The notes beneath the pieces were generated by a model, which saw nothing but the letters and a program-made list of their open reading frames with translations, was not told the DNA's origin and ran no database searches. Positions 10,131 to 21,776 of a DNA stretch of 64,000 bases are shown one piece after another (the first letter of the stretch is position 1; each line of letters opens with the position of its first letter). Made by a program: the position numbers and the translations under genes. Source of the stretch: Bordetella parapertussis (GTDB lineage: Bacteria > Pseudomonadota > Gammaproteobacteria > Burkholderiales > SG8-41); assembly GCA_945906815.1 (NCBI GenBank), contig CAMDRT010000009.1:17618-81617 (forward strand). Direction: 5' to 3'.

Positions 10131-10847
10131 TCACCCCGCCAACCGGCCGGTAGTCGCCCACACCCTTATCTTGGGCCGCACGCCGCCTACCGCAGGCGCA
10201 AGAACATCGCTACTCATCTCGAAAACAATCGCGGAAACATTACGAAGCGCAAACGAATCCCGCCGCGGCAGGCCACCGCCGAGCCTGAAGGCGCCAATCA
10301 CATCGCCACTTTGTCCCGCTCCGGCAAAGGACGCGACCAACGCCGCGTAGCCTTCCGCATCAAAAAAGAACGGATCGTTGCGCAAGCCCGCAAAGGCCTT
10401 CATCCCGCCCGGGGAGATGAACACGCTCTCAATCTTGCCGGAAAACGTGCCGCCAGCGCCCGGGACATTTTCGAGCTGCAGCCCGCAAGCACCGAGCTGG
10501 TCTATGCCAAACCGCGCCAACACTTCGATGTCGGGGATGTTGTCGAAGGTACCGGCTGCGTCCGCGCGATCGATGTGCAGTGTGTACAGGATATTGGGGT
10601 CGCAGTAGAACGAGCCGTCAATCCGCGAGCGCGGCGCAGACCGGCCGCCGAACGTGATAGCCGCAACGGTCTTGGTCACCGATTCAGACGATGGGAAGAT
10701 GAAGATATCGGCGAGATCGCCTGCCGGATCGGCATCCGTACCCGGCGATTCGGCATGGTCTGCCGACATGACTGCAGCGCTCACGGCGAGCGCGCACGCC
10801 GCGATCAGCATCAGCGGTGTGCGCTGGAATTTAATTTTAGAAAACAA
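10131..10847 (-). CDS. Secreted protein resembling the N-terminal half of DUF4331 proteins
   Basis: Signal peptide, then SADHAESPGTDADPAGDLADIFIF and YTLHIDRAD, matching the remembered DUF4331 N-terminal pattern. The start is placed at a TTG 7 nt after a GAGGAG RBS rather than at the far upstream ATG at 10901. Confidence 0.5.
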   Translation of the reverse strand: MFSKIKFQRTPLMLIAACALAVSAAVMSADHAESPGTDADPAGDLADIFIFPSSESVTKTVAAITFGGRSAPRSRIDGSFYCDPNILYTLHIDRADAAGTFDNIPDIEVLARFGIDQLGACGLQLENVPGAGGTFSGKIESVFISPGGMKAFAGLRNDPFFFDAEGYAALVASFAGAGQSGDVIGAFRLGGGLPRRDSFALRNVSAIVFEMSSDVLAPAVGGVRPKIRVWATTGRLAG

Positions 10848-11239
10848 TTTCGTTCTCCTCAAATAAAATACACACTTAGCATAACCAGGTGGCATATGCA
10901 ATATATGAACTCAACAGAAACCTACACGTCCGCAAGAAGTGCTCGAAACAGGCCAATTAACCCACATTGTGCGACCGCCGCGAGCGGGCTATCCGCAAGC
11001 ACCCGCGCTCATAGGCCCACGCTCGGTCAGTTGAAATCGGGCAGTAATACCTGCTTCGCCTGCGGCACGCAGTAGCACTAATAGGCACGGTCGTGCCGTG
11101 AGCGCAGACGTTTGAGCTGCACTGACGCGGAATTGCCCTCCGCATTTCACAGGCCGGTAATACAAATACCGTAAGCTGGATCGAAATGGGCCGGGCGATG
11201 GCGCAAGGCCATCCACGTTACAGGCGCAGGAAAAGCGAT

Positions 11240-11662
11240 ATGAACGACATCGGCAAGGTGATTCAAATAGCGGTCGCCCCGGTATTTCTGTTGTCAGGCG
11301 TGGGGATGATGCTTTCCGTTTTTACCAGCCGCCTGTCGCGGATCGTGGATCGGGCGCGTGTGCTGGAAGACCGGCTGGGGTTCGTCGATGCACATCATGA
11401 GAGCGAAGTTCAGGGCGAGCTACATACCCTTTCCCATCGCTCGCGTGTGATTGACCTGGCCATCTCGCTGGGGATTTGCGCGGGGATACTGGTGTGCATG
11501 GTCATCGTCGCTTTATTCGTAGGGGATTTGTTTGCGGTTAATCTTTCCCTATGGGTCGCGGCGTTATTTGTCTTGGCCATGCTGGCTTTCATCGGTGCCT
11601 TTACGTGCTTTCTGCGGGAGGTGCTGATCGCGACCGCAAATTTGCGGGTGGGCCGGAAATGA
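11240..11662 (+). CDS. DUF2721-like small membrane protein
   Basis: The N-terminus IQIAVAPVFLLSGVGMMLSVFTSRLSRIVDRARVLE matches the remembered DUF2721 signature. Two further TM helices follow. Confidence 0.55.
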   Translation: MNDIGKVIQIAVAPVFLLSGVGMMLSVFTSRLSRIVDRARVLEDRLGFVDAHHESEVQGELHTLSHRSRVIDLAISLGICAGILVCMVIVALFVGDLFAVNLSLWVAALFVLAMLAFIGAFTCFLREVLIATANLRVGRK

Positions 11663-11736
11663 ACCCAAAGCGCAGCACGTACGGCGAACCTGCTACACGG
11701 CAAGCCGGAAAACCGCGTGTCCAGAGGAGACCGATC

Positions 11737-12072
11737 ATGCACATGATGGATGTTATGCGTAGGCTGAACTCCACCAGCGCTGTGCAGCTGCTGTTGTCCG
11801 TTTACGCCGAAACGCTGCAGCGGCACGACCCTGGGCACGGCCTGCCGGGCGGCGTGACGGCGCTGCCGATCGCAGGCGCTGAAGACGTTCGATGGCGACT
11901 CGAGACCTTGCTCGAGATCGAGTTCAACGGCTGCGCGGCGAAGACCGGCGGGCGCGCACATGCGATCGTGTGCGAGGCCGTGGAAGTATTTGGCGCTGCG
12001 TTAGCGCGCATGCAAACTTTACAGCCAGGCCCGTGTCCACCGCCTGCAAAGGTCCGCGCGCTGGTGTTTTAG
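11737..12072 (+). CDS. Hypothetical protein (111 aa)
   Basis: An ATG lies 6 nt after a GGAGA RBS and the codon third positions are GC-rich. No recognisable motifs. Confidence 0.3.
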   Translation: MHMMDVMRRLNSTSAVQLLLSVYAETLQRHDPGHGLPGGVTALPIAGAEDVRWRLETLLEIEFNGCAAKTGGRAHAIVCEAVEVFGAALARMQTLQPGPCPPPAKVRALVF

Positions 12073-12264
12073 TGCTGTGTGCAAAATAGGCACCCCTGTG
12101 TTGCTATATCATAGGGTTATCTTTTCGGGGACACGACGGCGGCAGTTTCCCGGGACGCCATGCGGGCATTACCTGTGCGTCTGGTTGTCATATTCCCGTA
12201 ACTAACTTTCGTTAGATTCGTGGTTTTTGCGGCATCGTCGCTTCGCGGCATTTGACCGATACCC

Positions 12265-14364
12265 ATGAACGAACACCTCGCACCCAAACTGTTTCTCAAT
12301 CGCGAGCTCGGTCAACTTGCCTTCAACCGCCGCGTACTGGCGCAGGCCGTGGATGCCCGCACGCCCTTGCTGGAGCGGCTGCGATTTTTGTGCATCGTGA
12401 GCAGCAATCTGGACGAGTTTTTCGAGATTCGGGTCGCCGGGCTGCATGCAGAAATAGAAACCGGAACGCCGTCGTCGGGGCCGGATCAGCAGACCGCAGC
12501 GCAGATTTACCGTCAGGTCGCCAGCCTGGCGCACGAACTGGTCGCAGATCAATACCAGTTGCTCAACCGTGAGGTTATGCCGGCACTCGCGCGCGAAGGC
12601 ATCCACTTTCTTCAGAGCGGCGAGTTCAGTGCGGCACAAGCGGCGTGGATAAAGTCCTACTTCCACAACGCGGTGATGCCGGTGCTCACGCCGATCGGAC
12701 TCGATCCTTCGCATCCCTTTCCGCGCGTGTTAAACAAGAGCCTTAACTTCGCGGTCGAGCTGGAGGGCAGGGATGCCTTCGGCCGCAGCTCCGGGACGGC
12801 AATCGTGCAAGCGCCGCGCGTGCTGCCGCGCGTGATTCGACTACCGCACGACCTATCCGATGCAGACCACGCGTTTGTGCTGCTGTCGTCGATCATGCAA
12901 GCACACATGAGCGAACTGTTTCCTGGCATGCGGGTCATCGATAGCTACCCATTTCGCCTGACCCGCAACAGCGATTTGTTCGTGGACGAGGAGGAAGTTC
13001 AGGATCTGCGCGCGGCGTTAAGCGGCGAGCTGCCTCACCGCCAGTTCGGCGACGAAGTGCGGTTGGAGGTTTCCACCAATTGTACGCCCGCCATCACGGA
13101 TTTTCTGATGCATCATTTTCAGTTGGAGCCGGACGATGTGTATCGCGTGGATGGGCCCGTCAATCTGGTGCGTTTGCTGAGCGTGCCGGACGAAGTGAAT
13201 CGGCCCGATCTCCGGTTCCCGAAGTTCACGCGGGGGAAGGTGGCGCGCGCAGCCGATGCGGCAAGCCTGTTCGATGTCATCCGCGCCGGCGACATTTTGC
13301 TACATCACCCGTATCAGTCGTTTCAACCCGTGATTTCGTTCCTGCGGGAGGCCGCCGCCGATCCGCAGGTCGTGGCCATCAAGCAGACCGTTTACCGCAC
13401 CGGGTCAGAATCGGTGTTGATGGAGGCCCTGATCGCGGCCGCGCGCAGCGGCAAGGAAGTCACGGTGGTGCTGGAGCTGCTCGCGCGCTTTGACGAGGAA
13501 GCTAACATCAACTGGGCGCAGCGCCTCGAAGCGGTTGGCGCACATGTGCTGTATGGTGTGGTGGGCGTCAAGACCCACACCAAGATGCTGATGGTGGTGC
13601 GCCGCGAGGGGCGCACGGACCCGCCCGACGGCCACGCGCAGGTGCCGGATCTGCTGCGCCGCTATGTGCATCTTTCCACCGGCAACTACCATGCGCGCAC
13701 AGCGCGGCTGTACACGGATTTCGGCTTGTTCACCTGCCATGAAGAGATCACCGCCGACGTGAACGATGTTTTCATGCAGTTGACCGGGCTGGGGCTGACC
13801 ACGAATTTGCGGCACCTGTGGCAGGCTCCGTTCACGCTGCACGCGCGGATCCTGGATGCCATTCGCGCCGAGACGGCACGGGCCAAGGCGGGCCGCAAGG
13901 CAGCCATTATCGCGAAGATGAATGCGCTGCTCGAGCCGGAGGTGATCGGCGCTCTCTACGAGGCGTCGCAAGCCGGTGTGCAGATCGACCTCGTCGTGCG
14001 CGGCGTATGCGCGCTGCGTCCGGGTATGCCCGGTGTTTCGGAGCATATTCGCGTGCGCTCGATCGTGGGCCGCTTTCTCGAACACTCGCGGGTGTTCTGC
14101 TTCCATAACGATGGCGCGCAGGATGTTTACCTGTCGAGCGCCGACTGGATGGGGCGCAATTTTTTTGGCCGGATTGAAGCCTGTTTTCCCGTGCTCGATC
14201 CCGTGCTAAAACAGCGCATTATCGACGAAGGTCTCCAGCCTTACCTGGAAGATCCGCACGCCTGGCTGATGCATGAGGATGGGACTTATCAGCGTGCGGC
14301 AGCAGACGGTGCGCCCGATGCGCAGCAGCGGCTGCTGCAAGCGTTCGCGTATCACAGCCGGTAG
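12265..14364 (+). CDS. ppk: Polyphosphate kinase 1
   Basis: This is a 699-aa protein with the PPK1 N-terminus (FLNRELGQLAFNRRVL, LRFLCIVSSNLDEFFEIRV) and two PLD-like HKD-type regions (KTHTKM, FLEHSR). Confidence 0.95.
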   Translation: MNEHLAPKLFLNRELGQLAFNRRVLAQAVDARTPLLERLRFLCIVSSNLDEFFEIRVAGLHAEIETGTPSSGPDQQTAAQIYRQVASLAHELVADQYQLLNREVMPALAREGIHFLQSGEFSAAQAAWIKSYFHNAVMPVLTPIGLDPSHPFPRVLNKSLNFAVELEGRDAFGRSSGTAIVQAPRVLPRVIRLPHDLSDADHAFVLLSSIMQAHMSELFPGMRVIDSYPFRLTRNSDLFVDEEEVQDLRAALSGELPHRQFGDEVRLEVSTNCTPAITDFLMHHFQLEPDDVYRVDGPVNLVRLLSVPDEVNRPDLRFPKFTRGKVARAADAASLFDVIRAGDILLHHPYQSFQPVISFLREAAADPQVVAIKQTVYRTGSESVLMEALIAAARSGKEVTVVLELLARFDEEANINWAQRLEAVGAHVLYGVVGVKTHTKMLMVVRREGRTDPPDGHAQVPDLLRRYVHLSTGNYHARTARLYTDFGLFTCHEEITADVNDVFMQLTGLGLTTNLRHLWQAPFTLHARILDAIRAETARAKAGRKAAIIAKMNALLEPEVIGALYEASQAGVQIDLVVRGVCALRPGMPGVSEHIRVRSIVGRFLEHSRVFCFHNDGAQDVYLSSADWMGRNFFGRIEACFPVLDPVLKQRIIDEGLQPYLEDPHAWLMHEDGTYQRAAADGAPDAQQRLLQAFAYHSR

Positions 14365-14366
14365 TC

Positions 14367-14393
14367 GCCGATAACCGGCCTGGCGTTATCGGC
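14367..14393. terminator. Hairpin between convergent ppk and the DUF3443-like gene
   Basis: A 9-bp perfect stem gccgataac/gttatcggc with a 9-nt loop begins 3 nt after the ppk stop. There is no clear U-tract. Confidence 0.35.
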
Positions 14394-14416
14394 CTCACTG
14401 CTGGTTTAACACCCGA

Positions 14417-15919
14417 TCAATAGGCCCAGTACGGCCCGGTGCCGCTGCGCGGATCGGCACCTTCGATTGCGACAAATACCGTGCGCCCGAAAAAGAACGG
14501 CGCGCCCCAGTCAAAGGTGTTTCTGCGGAAACGGCGTCCGGCGCCGCCGCCGAGGGAAGCTGCGCTGACGCTGTTGTCCAGTTGATCTACATTTTCAAGG
14601 GTAAAGCTGACCGTGCCGGATGCGCCGTTGACGGGCGAGGTATTGACGGCTGACAGCGCCAGCGTTGCGGCAGGGCAATAAAAACCGGGCGACAGGGCGC
14701 ACAGCGGTATCGTTGCGTCAGCAAAGAACAAAGCGTTTGAGCCGCTATCCAGAAAACTCGAGGTCAGGGTGCTGCCTTTGTAGAGGGTGGTGAAGTTGCC
14801 CACGCTGTTGGTCGCGTAGATCGTCGCCGGGCCGATTTGGTTGTTGCTCTGGGTGTTGATGCCAAATATAAGCGCTCCCGCGAGGGTGGCCGCGCCGCCG
14901 GGGGGCGCCACAGGCATTACCAGAACCACCCCGTTATTATTGGTGCCGAACGCGATCACGGGATTGGCGACCTGCCTGGCCAGCGGCATGGCGACACTGG
15001 TGCAAGTGGTTGCCGTGCATTCATAGTAGGTGCCCGCAATGGCCAGTGCGGCGCAAGCGGCACCGCAATCCTGTTTGAACAGGCCGACACCGAGTATGCC
15101 CTTGGCACCGAGAGCAGCCACGGTGCTGAGGTTCGCCCCGGCGCTGGCGCAACTGCCGGGGATGCTGGCCAAGCTCGTGTCCGCAACCTGTTGTATCGAA
15201 ATGGACGCCGCCGTTTCACCCGCGATTTTCACGTCGGCGGTGCGCACCGAACCCCATAACACGCCGCTGACGAATTGGGCACACTCACCCACCACCTTGC
15301 CAGAAGCGCCGCTGACCGGAGGCAGCGCCAGTGCGGCGAGTGCGGCGTCGAAAATGCGCAGGCCGGTGGAGCCAGTGTCCACCAGCACGTGATCGACGGT
15401 CGCGCACAGCGCTGTGCCGGGGCGGCACACGGTTACGTTCACAAAAGGCAAGTTGACTATTCTGCCTACGCCAGCCGGGCCGCCATCGACAACCACCTGC
15501 GCCACATTGCCGGGCGCGCCGACAGCGGTTACGCCTAACACCACCGCCCCGCTGCCGCTGCCGCTGCCGCCACTTCCCGTGCAGGTGAGATGGTAGGTAA
15601 AGGTGCCCGCTGCCGCCGGCGTGACGACCATGCTACCGCTGCTGCCTCGCGCACCCAGCCAAGCACCGGATGCAAAGCAAGTTGCGGCGTCGGTCGCCGA
15701 CCAGGTGATGGTGACCGGCTGACCGGCGGGCACGCTCGCCGGCGTGAGGGCGAGATTGACGACCGGTCGCGCCACCACCACTACGGGTGCAACGGCCGCG
15801 GGCGCACCGCTACTGCCACCACCGCCGCCGCAGGCAGCCAGTAGCAAACCCGCAGCAGCTACCACGCAGCGCAGGCTGCGGCGGTATAGGTAAAATGCGC
15901 TGGGTGAATTAACGTACAT
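14417..15919 (-). CDS. Secreted lipoprotein with Ig-like N-domain and two aspartic-protease-like D-[TS]-G-S motifs (DUF3443-like)
   Basis: The start is set at MYVNSP, which gives the lipobox LLAAC followed by a Gly/Ser linker. The motifs VLVDTGSTGLRIF and SFLDSGSNALFF lie about 215 aa apart. Confidence 0.6.
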   Translation of the reverse strand: MYVNSPSAFYLYRRSLRCVVAAAGLLLAACGGGGGSSGAPAAVAPVVVVARPVVNLALTPASVPAGQPVTITWSATDAATCFASGAWLGARGSSGSMVVTPAAAGTFTYHLTCTGSGGSGSGSGAVVLGVTAVGAPGNVAQVVVDGGPAGVGRIVNLPFVNVTVCRPGTALCATVDHVLVDTGSTGLRIFDAALAALALPPVSGASGKVVGECAQFVSGVLWGSVRTADVKIAGETAASISIQQVADTSLASIPGSCASAGANLSTVAALGAKGILGVGLFKQDCGAACAALAIAGTYYECTATTCTSVAMPLARQVANPVIAFGTNNNGVVLVMPVAPPGGAATLAGALIFGINTQSNNQIGPATIYATNSVGNFTTLYKGSTLTSSFLDSGSNALFFADATIPLCALSPGFYCPAATLALSAVNTSPVNGASGTVSFTLENVDQLDNSVSAASLGGGAGRRFRRNTFDWGAPFFFGRTVFVAIEGADPRSGTGPYWAY

Positions 15920-16352
15920 CGGCGGCGCTAAATCCCGCCGGCAATTGCGCCGGTATCCATGCGGCACCCTCGAAGGCGCGCATGCGGCCACCGGAATAAA
16001 TAAATACTTCCTGCTGTTCTATCGCCACCGATGAGCGCCCGGCCTTGGGCGCCTTGCTCGTTTCAGCCACCAAGGTTGCAAAATACTTGCCCAGCAATGA
16101 CTTCAGGTTGGGCAACACGGGACCCTCCCAGGCCACCGCGAACACCAGGCCCGTGGCCGAAATATATTCGCGCACCTGCGTGCCCGACGCCAGGGTGGTT
16201 TCACGCCTGACGTAGTTCGGCGCAGTGACGGACACGCCCGCCCCGGCCCTTGCATCGGCGCTATGGAAGGGCTCCGGCCATCCACCGAGGGCGGCATGGC
16301 CAGTGCCGGCACTAGCCAGTAGCAGAGCCGCTAAACAGGACGCAACGCGCAT
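15909..16352 (-). CDS. Small secreted protein (DUF2844-like)
   Basis: The start is set at MRVASCLAALLLASAGTGHA (signal peptide). Its stop overlaps the downstream lipoprotein start by 11 nt. The family call is from memory of DUF3443/DUF2844 pairing in Burkholderiales. Confidence 0.5.
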   Translation of the reverse strand: MRVASCLAALLLASAGTGHAALGGWPEPFHSADARAGAGVSVTAPNYVRRETTLASGTQVREYISATGLVFAVAWEGPVLPNLKSLLGKYFATLVAETSKAPKAGRSSVAIEQQEVFIYSGGRMRAFEGAAWIPAQLPAGFSAADVR

Positions 16353-16450
16353 CAGAAACTCCGCTGAATCCGGCCGCCATCGGGCCGGCCAAACGAGGTT
16401 CGAATTATACGGGCCGGAAGCGTGAGGACGTGAAGGGTGTAGGCGCACCT

Positions 16451-16489
16451 CCTTCACTCATTCACCCCTTCACCCTTCACCGCCGTCAC
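16451..16489. repeat. Short TCACCC(T/C)-type heptamer-like repeat tract in a divergent promoter region
   Basis: The tract reads ccttcactcattcaccccttcacccttcaccgccgtcac. Positions 16471-16480 (cacccttcac) are the exact reverse complement of 16429-16438 (gtgaagggtg). Confidence 0.7.
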
Positions 16490-16505
16490 AGGTTAAAATC
16501 CCCAC

Positions 16506-17786
16506 ATGGATGTGCAAACCTACATGCTGGGCGTGGGGCGGCAAGCGCGTAGCGCATCGCGGCTGATTGCCAGGGCCGACACTGCCACCAAGAACAAGGC
16601 GTTAACCGTGACAGCGCAGGCGATCGAGCGCGCCTCGCGGGCGCTGCTAGACGCCAATGCGCGCGATGTCGCCGCAGCGCGCCACAAAAAACTCGATGAT
16701 GCCGCTATCGACCGGCTGATACTGACGCCTGAAACCGTCGCCGCGATGGCGGACGGCCTGCTGCAAATTGCCAAGCTGCCCGATCCCGTCGGCGAAATCA
16801 GCGGGCTCAAGTATCGTCCGTCAGGCATACAAGTGGGGCAAATGCGGGTGCCGCTGGGCGTGGTCGGCATTATTTATGAATCGCGTCCGAACGTAACCGC
16901 GGACGCCGCTGCGCTGTGTCTGAAATCCGGCAACGCCGCGATCCTGCGCGGCGGCTCGGAGGCGATGCATTCCAATCAGGCGATTGCCGTGTGTGTGCAT
17001 GAAGGACTTGCCGCAGCGGGTTTGCCTGAAACCGTGGTGCAGGTCATAGCCACCACCGACCGCGCAGCAGTCGGTGAACTCATCACCCTGCAGGATTATG
17101 TGGATGTGATCGTGCCCCGCGGCGGCAAGGGCCTGATCGAGCGCTTGATGCGCGAAGCGCGCATCCCCATGATCAAGCATCTGCACGGCGTATGCCATGT
17201 CTACATCGATGACCAAGCGGATATCGATAAAGCGATCCGCATCGCCGATAACGCCAAGACGCAGCGGCTGGGCACCTGCAACACCCTGGAGACGCTGCTG
17301 GTGGCGCGCGGCATCGCGCCCAAAATTCTGCCGCCCCTGTGCAAAATTTACCTCGAAAAAGGCATCGAGTTGCGCGGCGATCCCGCGGCGTGCGAAATTT
17401 TACGCTCGGCCTTCCCCTCGGCGGCGCCGCAAATGAATCCAGCGCGCGAAGAAGACTGGCACACCGAATATCTGGCGGCGATCCTTGCCGTGCGCGTGGT
17501 CGATGATCTCGACCACGCGCTCGAACACATCGCCACCTACGGCTCGCAGCATACCGACGCCATCGTCACCGAAAACCTCAGCCGCGCGCGCCGCTTTATC
17601 ACCGAAGTCGATTCGAGTTCGGTGATGGTGAATGCATCGACGCGCTTCGCCGATGGCTACGAATACGGTCTGGGCGCAGAAATCGGCATCTCCACCGACA
17701 AACTGCATGCGCGCGGGCCGGTGGGCCTGGAAGGCCTGACCTCGCTCAAGTACGTGGTGTTCGGCGACGGGCACATCCGAAAATAA
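16506..17786 (+). CDS. proA: Gamma-glutamyl phosphate reductase
   Basis: This is a 426-aa aldehyde-dehydrogenase-fold protein with typical ProA blocks ([38 protein letters not shown]). Confidence 0.95.
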   Translation: MDVQTYMLGVGRQARSASRLIARADTATKNKALTVTAQAIERASRALLDANARDVAAARHKKLDDAAIDRLILTPETVAAMADGLLQIAKLPDPVGEISGLKYRPSGIQVGQMRVPLGVVGIIYESRPNVTADAAALCLKSGNAAILRGGSEAMHSNQAIAVCVHEGLAAAGLPETVVQVIATTDRAAVGELITLQDYVDVIVPRGGKGLIERLMREARIPMIKHLHGVCHVYIDDQADIDKAIRIADNAKTQRLGTCNTLETLLVARGIAPKILPPLCKIYLEKGIELRGDPAACEILRSAFPSAAPQMNPAREEDWHTEYLAAILAVRVVDDLDHALEHIATYGSQHTDAIVTENLSRARRFITEVDSSSVMVNASTRFADGYEYGLGAEIGISTDKLHARGPVGLEGLTSLKYVVFGDGHIRK

Positions 17787-17865
17787 CCTAAACGTTATTG
17801 ACCCTGCGTGACACCAGCGGCCGCTGCTGGAAATGATTATCACGAGTTGTTTGATTGGAGCTTGA

Positions 17866-19626
17866 ATGACGCAGCTGATTGAAGTCCGAGTCCCCGCCAT
17901 CGGCGACTTCAAAAATATTCCGGTGATCGAAGTGCTGGTAAAGCCGGGCGACGTAGTGAAGCCCGAAGATGCACTGGTCACGCTGGAATCCGACAAGGCC
18001 ACGCTGGATGTGCCCGCGCCCGTTGCCGGCATCGTGAAGGAATTGAAGACAAAGATTGGCGATAAGGTATCGCAAGGTTCATTGATTCTGATGCTGGAGG
18101 TTGCAAAAGTGGGTGCGGATGCCACATCCGAAGCCGCGCCCGCTGCCGCACCAAGTCCTGAATCCTCAGTCCTCAGTCCTGCCGTTCACGCCGATCTGCA
18201 CGCCGAAGTGCTGGTGCTGGGCGCCGGTCCCGGCGGCTACACGGCAGCGTTTCGCGCTGCTGATCTGGGTAAACAGGTGGTGCTGGTCGAACGCTATCCG
18301 ACACTGGGTGGCGTGTGTTTGAACGTGGGTTGCATACCCTCCAAAGCGCTGCTGCACATCGCCAAAGTTATTACCGAAGCCGATGAAGCGGCTCACGCCG
18401 GCATCACTTTCGGCAAGCCCGCCATCGATATCAGCAAGCTGCGCGCGTGGAAATCCGGCGTCGTGGGCAAACTCACCAAAGGTTTAGCGGGGCTGGCGAA
18501 GCAACGCAAGGTGCAGGTGATGAGCGGGCGTGGCGCCTTTGCATCCGCCCACACGCTCACGGTGGAAACCGCCGAGGGCATCAAAACCATCGCCTTTGAC
18601 CACTGCATCATCGCCGCCGGTTCGTCGGTGGCGCGTATTCCCGGCTTTCCCTATGACGACCCGCGCATCATCGATTCCACCGGCGCGCTGGAACTCGCCG
18701 CAATTCCCCAACGCCTGCTGGTGATCGGCGGCGGCATCATCGGCCTGGAAATGGCGGCAGTCTACGACGCGCTGGGCAGCAAAATAACGGTGGTGGAGTT
18801 GATGGACGCGCTGATTCCCGGCGCGGATCAGGACATCGTGAAAGTGCTGCAAAGACGCATCAGCAAGCGCTATGAAAAAATTCTTTTAAAAACCAAAGTC
18901 GCCAAAATTGAAGCGCGCAAAGAAGGCTTATTGGTGACCTTCGAAGCCGCGGGAACGCAAAGCAGCGACACCTTCGATGCGATTTTGATGGCGGTGGGCC
19001 GCCGTCCCAACGGCCGCGATATCAACGCCGCTGCGGCAGGCGTCGCGGTCGATGAGCGCGGGTTCATTGCCGTCGATAAACAAATGCGCAGCAACGTGCC
19101 GCATATTTTCGCCATCGGCGACATCTGCGGCGAACCAATGCTCGCGCACAAGGCCACGCACGAAGCAAAAATTGCCGCCGAAGTGATCGCCGGTCACAAG
19201 GCTTTTTTCGATGCGCGCACGATACCGTCGGTGGCCTACACCGATCCTGAAATCGCGTGGATGGGCCTGACGGAAACCCAGGCACAGGCACAAGGCGTGC
19301 CCTTCGACAAAGCGGTATTTCCGTGGGCGGCGAGCGGCCGTGCGTTAGCGAGTGGACGCGACGAAGGCATGACCAAGGTCTTGTTCGACAAGACTACCCG
19401 CCGCGTGCTGGGTGCGGCCATCGTCGGCGTCAATGCCGGTGAGCTGATCGCCGAAGCCGTGCTGGCGCTGGAGATGGGCGCCGATGCGGCAGACCTGTGT
19501 CTCACCATCCATCCGCATCCGACCTTGTCGGAAACCCTGGCGTTCGCCGCCGAGATCGCCGAGGGGTCGATTACCGACCTGTACCTGCCGCGCGTGGCCC
19601 GCGCGCCACCCCAAGCGAAAAAATAA
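17866..19626 (+). CDS. lpdA: Dihydrolipoyl dehydrogenase (E3) with N-terminal lipoyl domain
   Basis: The N-terminal lipoyl-lysine motif LESDKATLDVPAP is followed by an Ala/Pro linker. Then come FAD-binding GAGPGGY, redox-active CLNVGCIPSK and the C-terminal HAHPTLSE-type motif (HPHPTLSE). Confidence 0.9.
   Translation: MTQLIEVRVPAIGDFKNIPVIEVLVKPGDVVKPEDALVTLESDKATLDVPAPVAGIVKELKTKIGDKVSQGSLILMLEVAKVGADATSEAAPAAAPSPESSVLSPAVHADLHAEVLVLGAGPGGYTAAFRAADLGKQVVLVERYPTLGGVCLNVGCIPSKALLHIAKVITEADEAAHAGITFGKPAIDISKLRAWKSGVVGKLTKGLAGLAKQRKVQVMSGRGAFASAHTLTVETAEGIKTIAFDHCIIAAGSSVARIPGFPYDDPRIIDSTGALELAAIPQRLLVIGGGIIGLEMAAVYDALGSKITVVELMDALIPGADQDIVKVLQRRISKRYEKILLKTKVAKIEARKEGLLVTFEAAGTQSSDTFDAILMAVGRRPNGRDINAAAAGVAVDERGFIAVDKQMRSNVPHIFAIGDICGEPMLAHKATHEAKIAAEVIAGHKAFFDARTIPSVAYTDPEIAWMGLTETQAQAQGVPFDKAVFPWAASGRALASGRDEGMTKVLFDKTTRRVLGAAIVGVNAGELIAEAVLALEMGADAADLCLTIHPHPTLSETLAFAAEIAEGSITDLYLPRVARAPPQAKK
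18154..18180. repeat. CTCAGTC-type heptamer tract inside the lpdA linker
   Basis: The tract agtcctgaatcctcagtcctcagtcct encodes PESSVLSP in the lipoyl-E3 linker. Confidence 0.8.
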
Positions 19627-21750
<2,124 letters not shown>

Positions 21751-21776
21751 ACTCGTCTGGCGACTTTGGATTACAT

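Noticed and set aside
10902-11239. 340-bp unannotated intergenic region, inspected for an sRNA, riboswitch or small ORF
   Set aside because: Only short imperfect hairpins were seen. There is no recognisable riboswitch core or terminator, so nothing could be supported from sequence alone.
12185-12203. Possible Pho box upstream of ppk (TTGTCAT ATTC CCGTAAC)
   Set aside because: Only the first heptad resembles the consensus and no convincing -10 follows at the right distance. The evidence is too weak to report as a feature.
16394-16412. ggttcgaat motif resembling a tRNA T-arm
   Set aside because: No acceptor, D or anticodon arms can be drawn around it. It lies just upstream of the DUF2844-like gene start, in the divergent promoter region.
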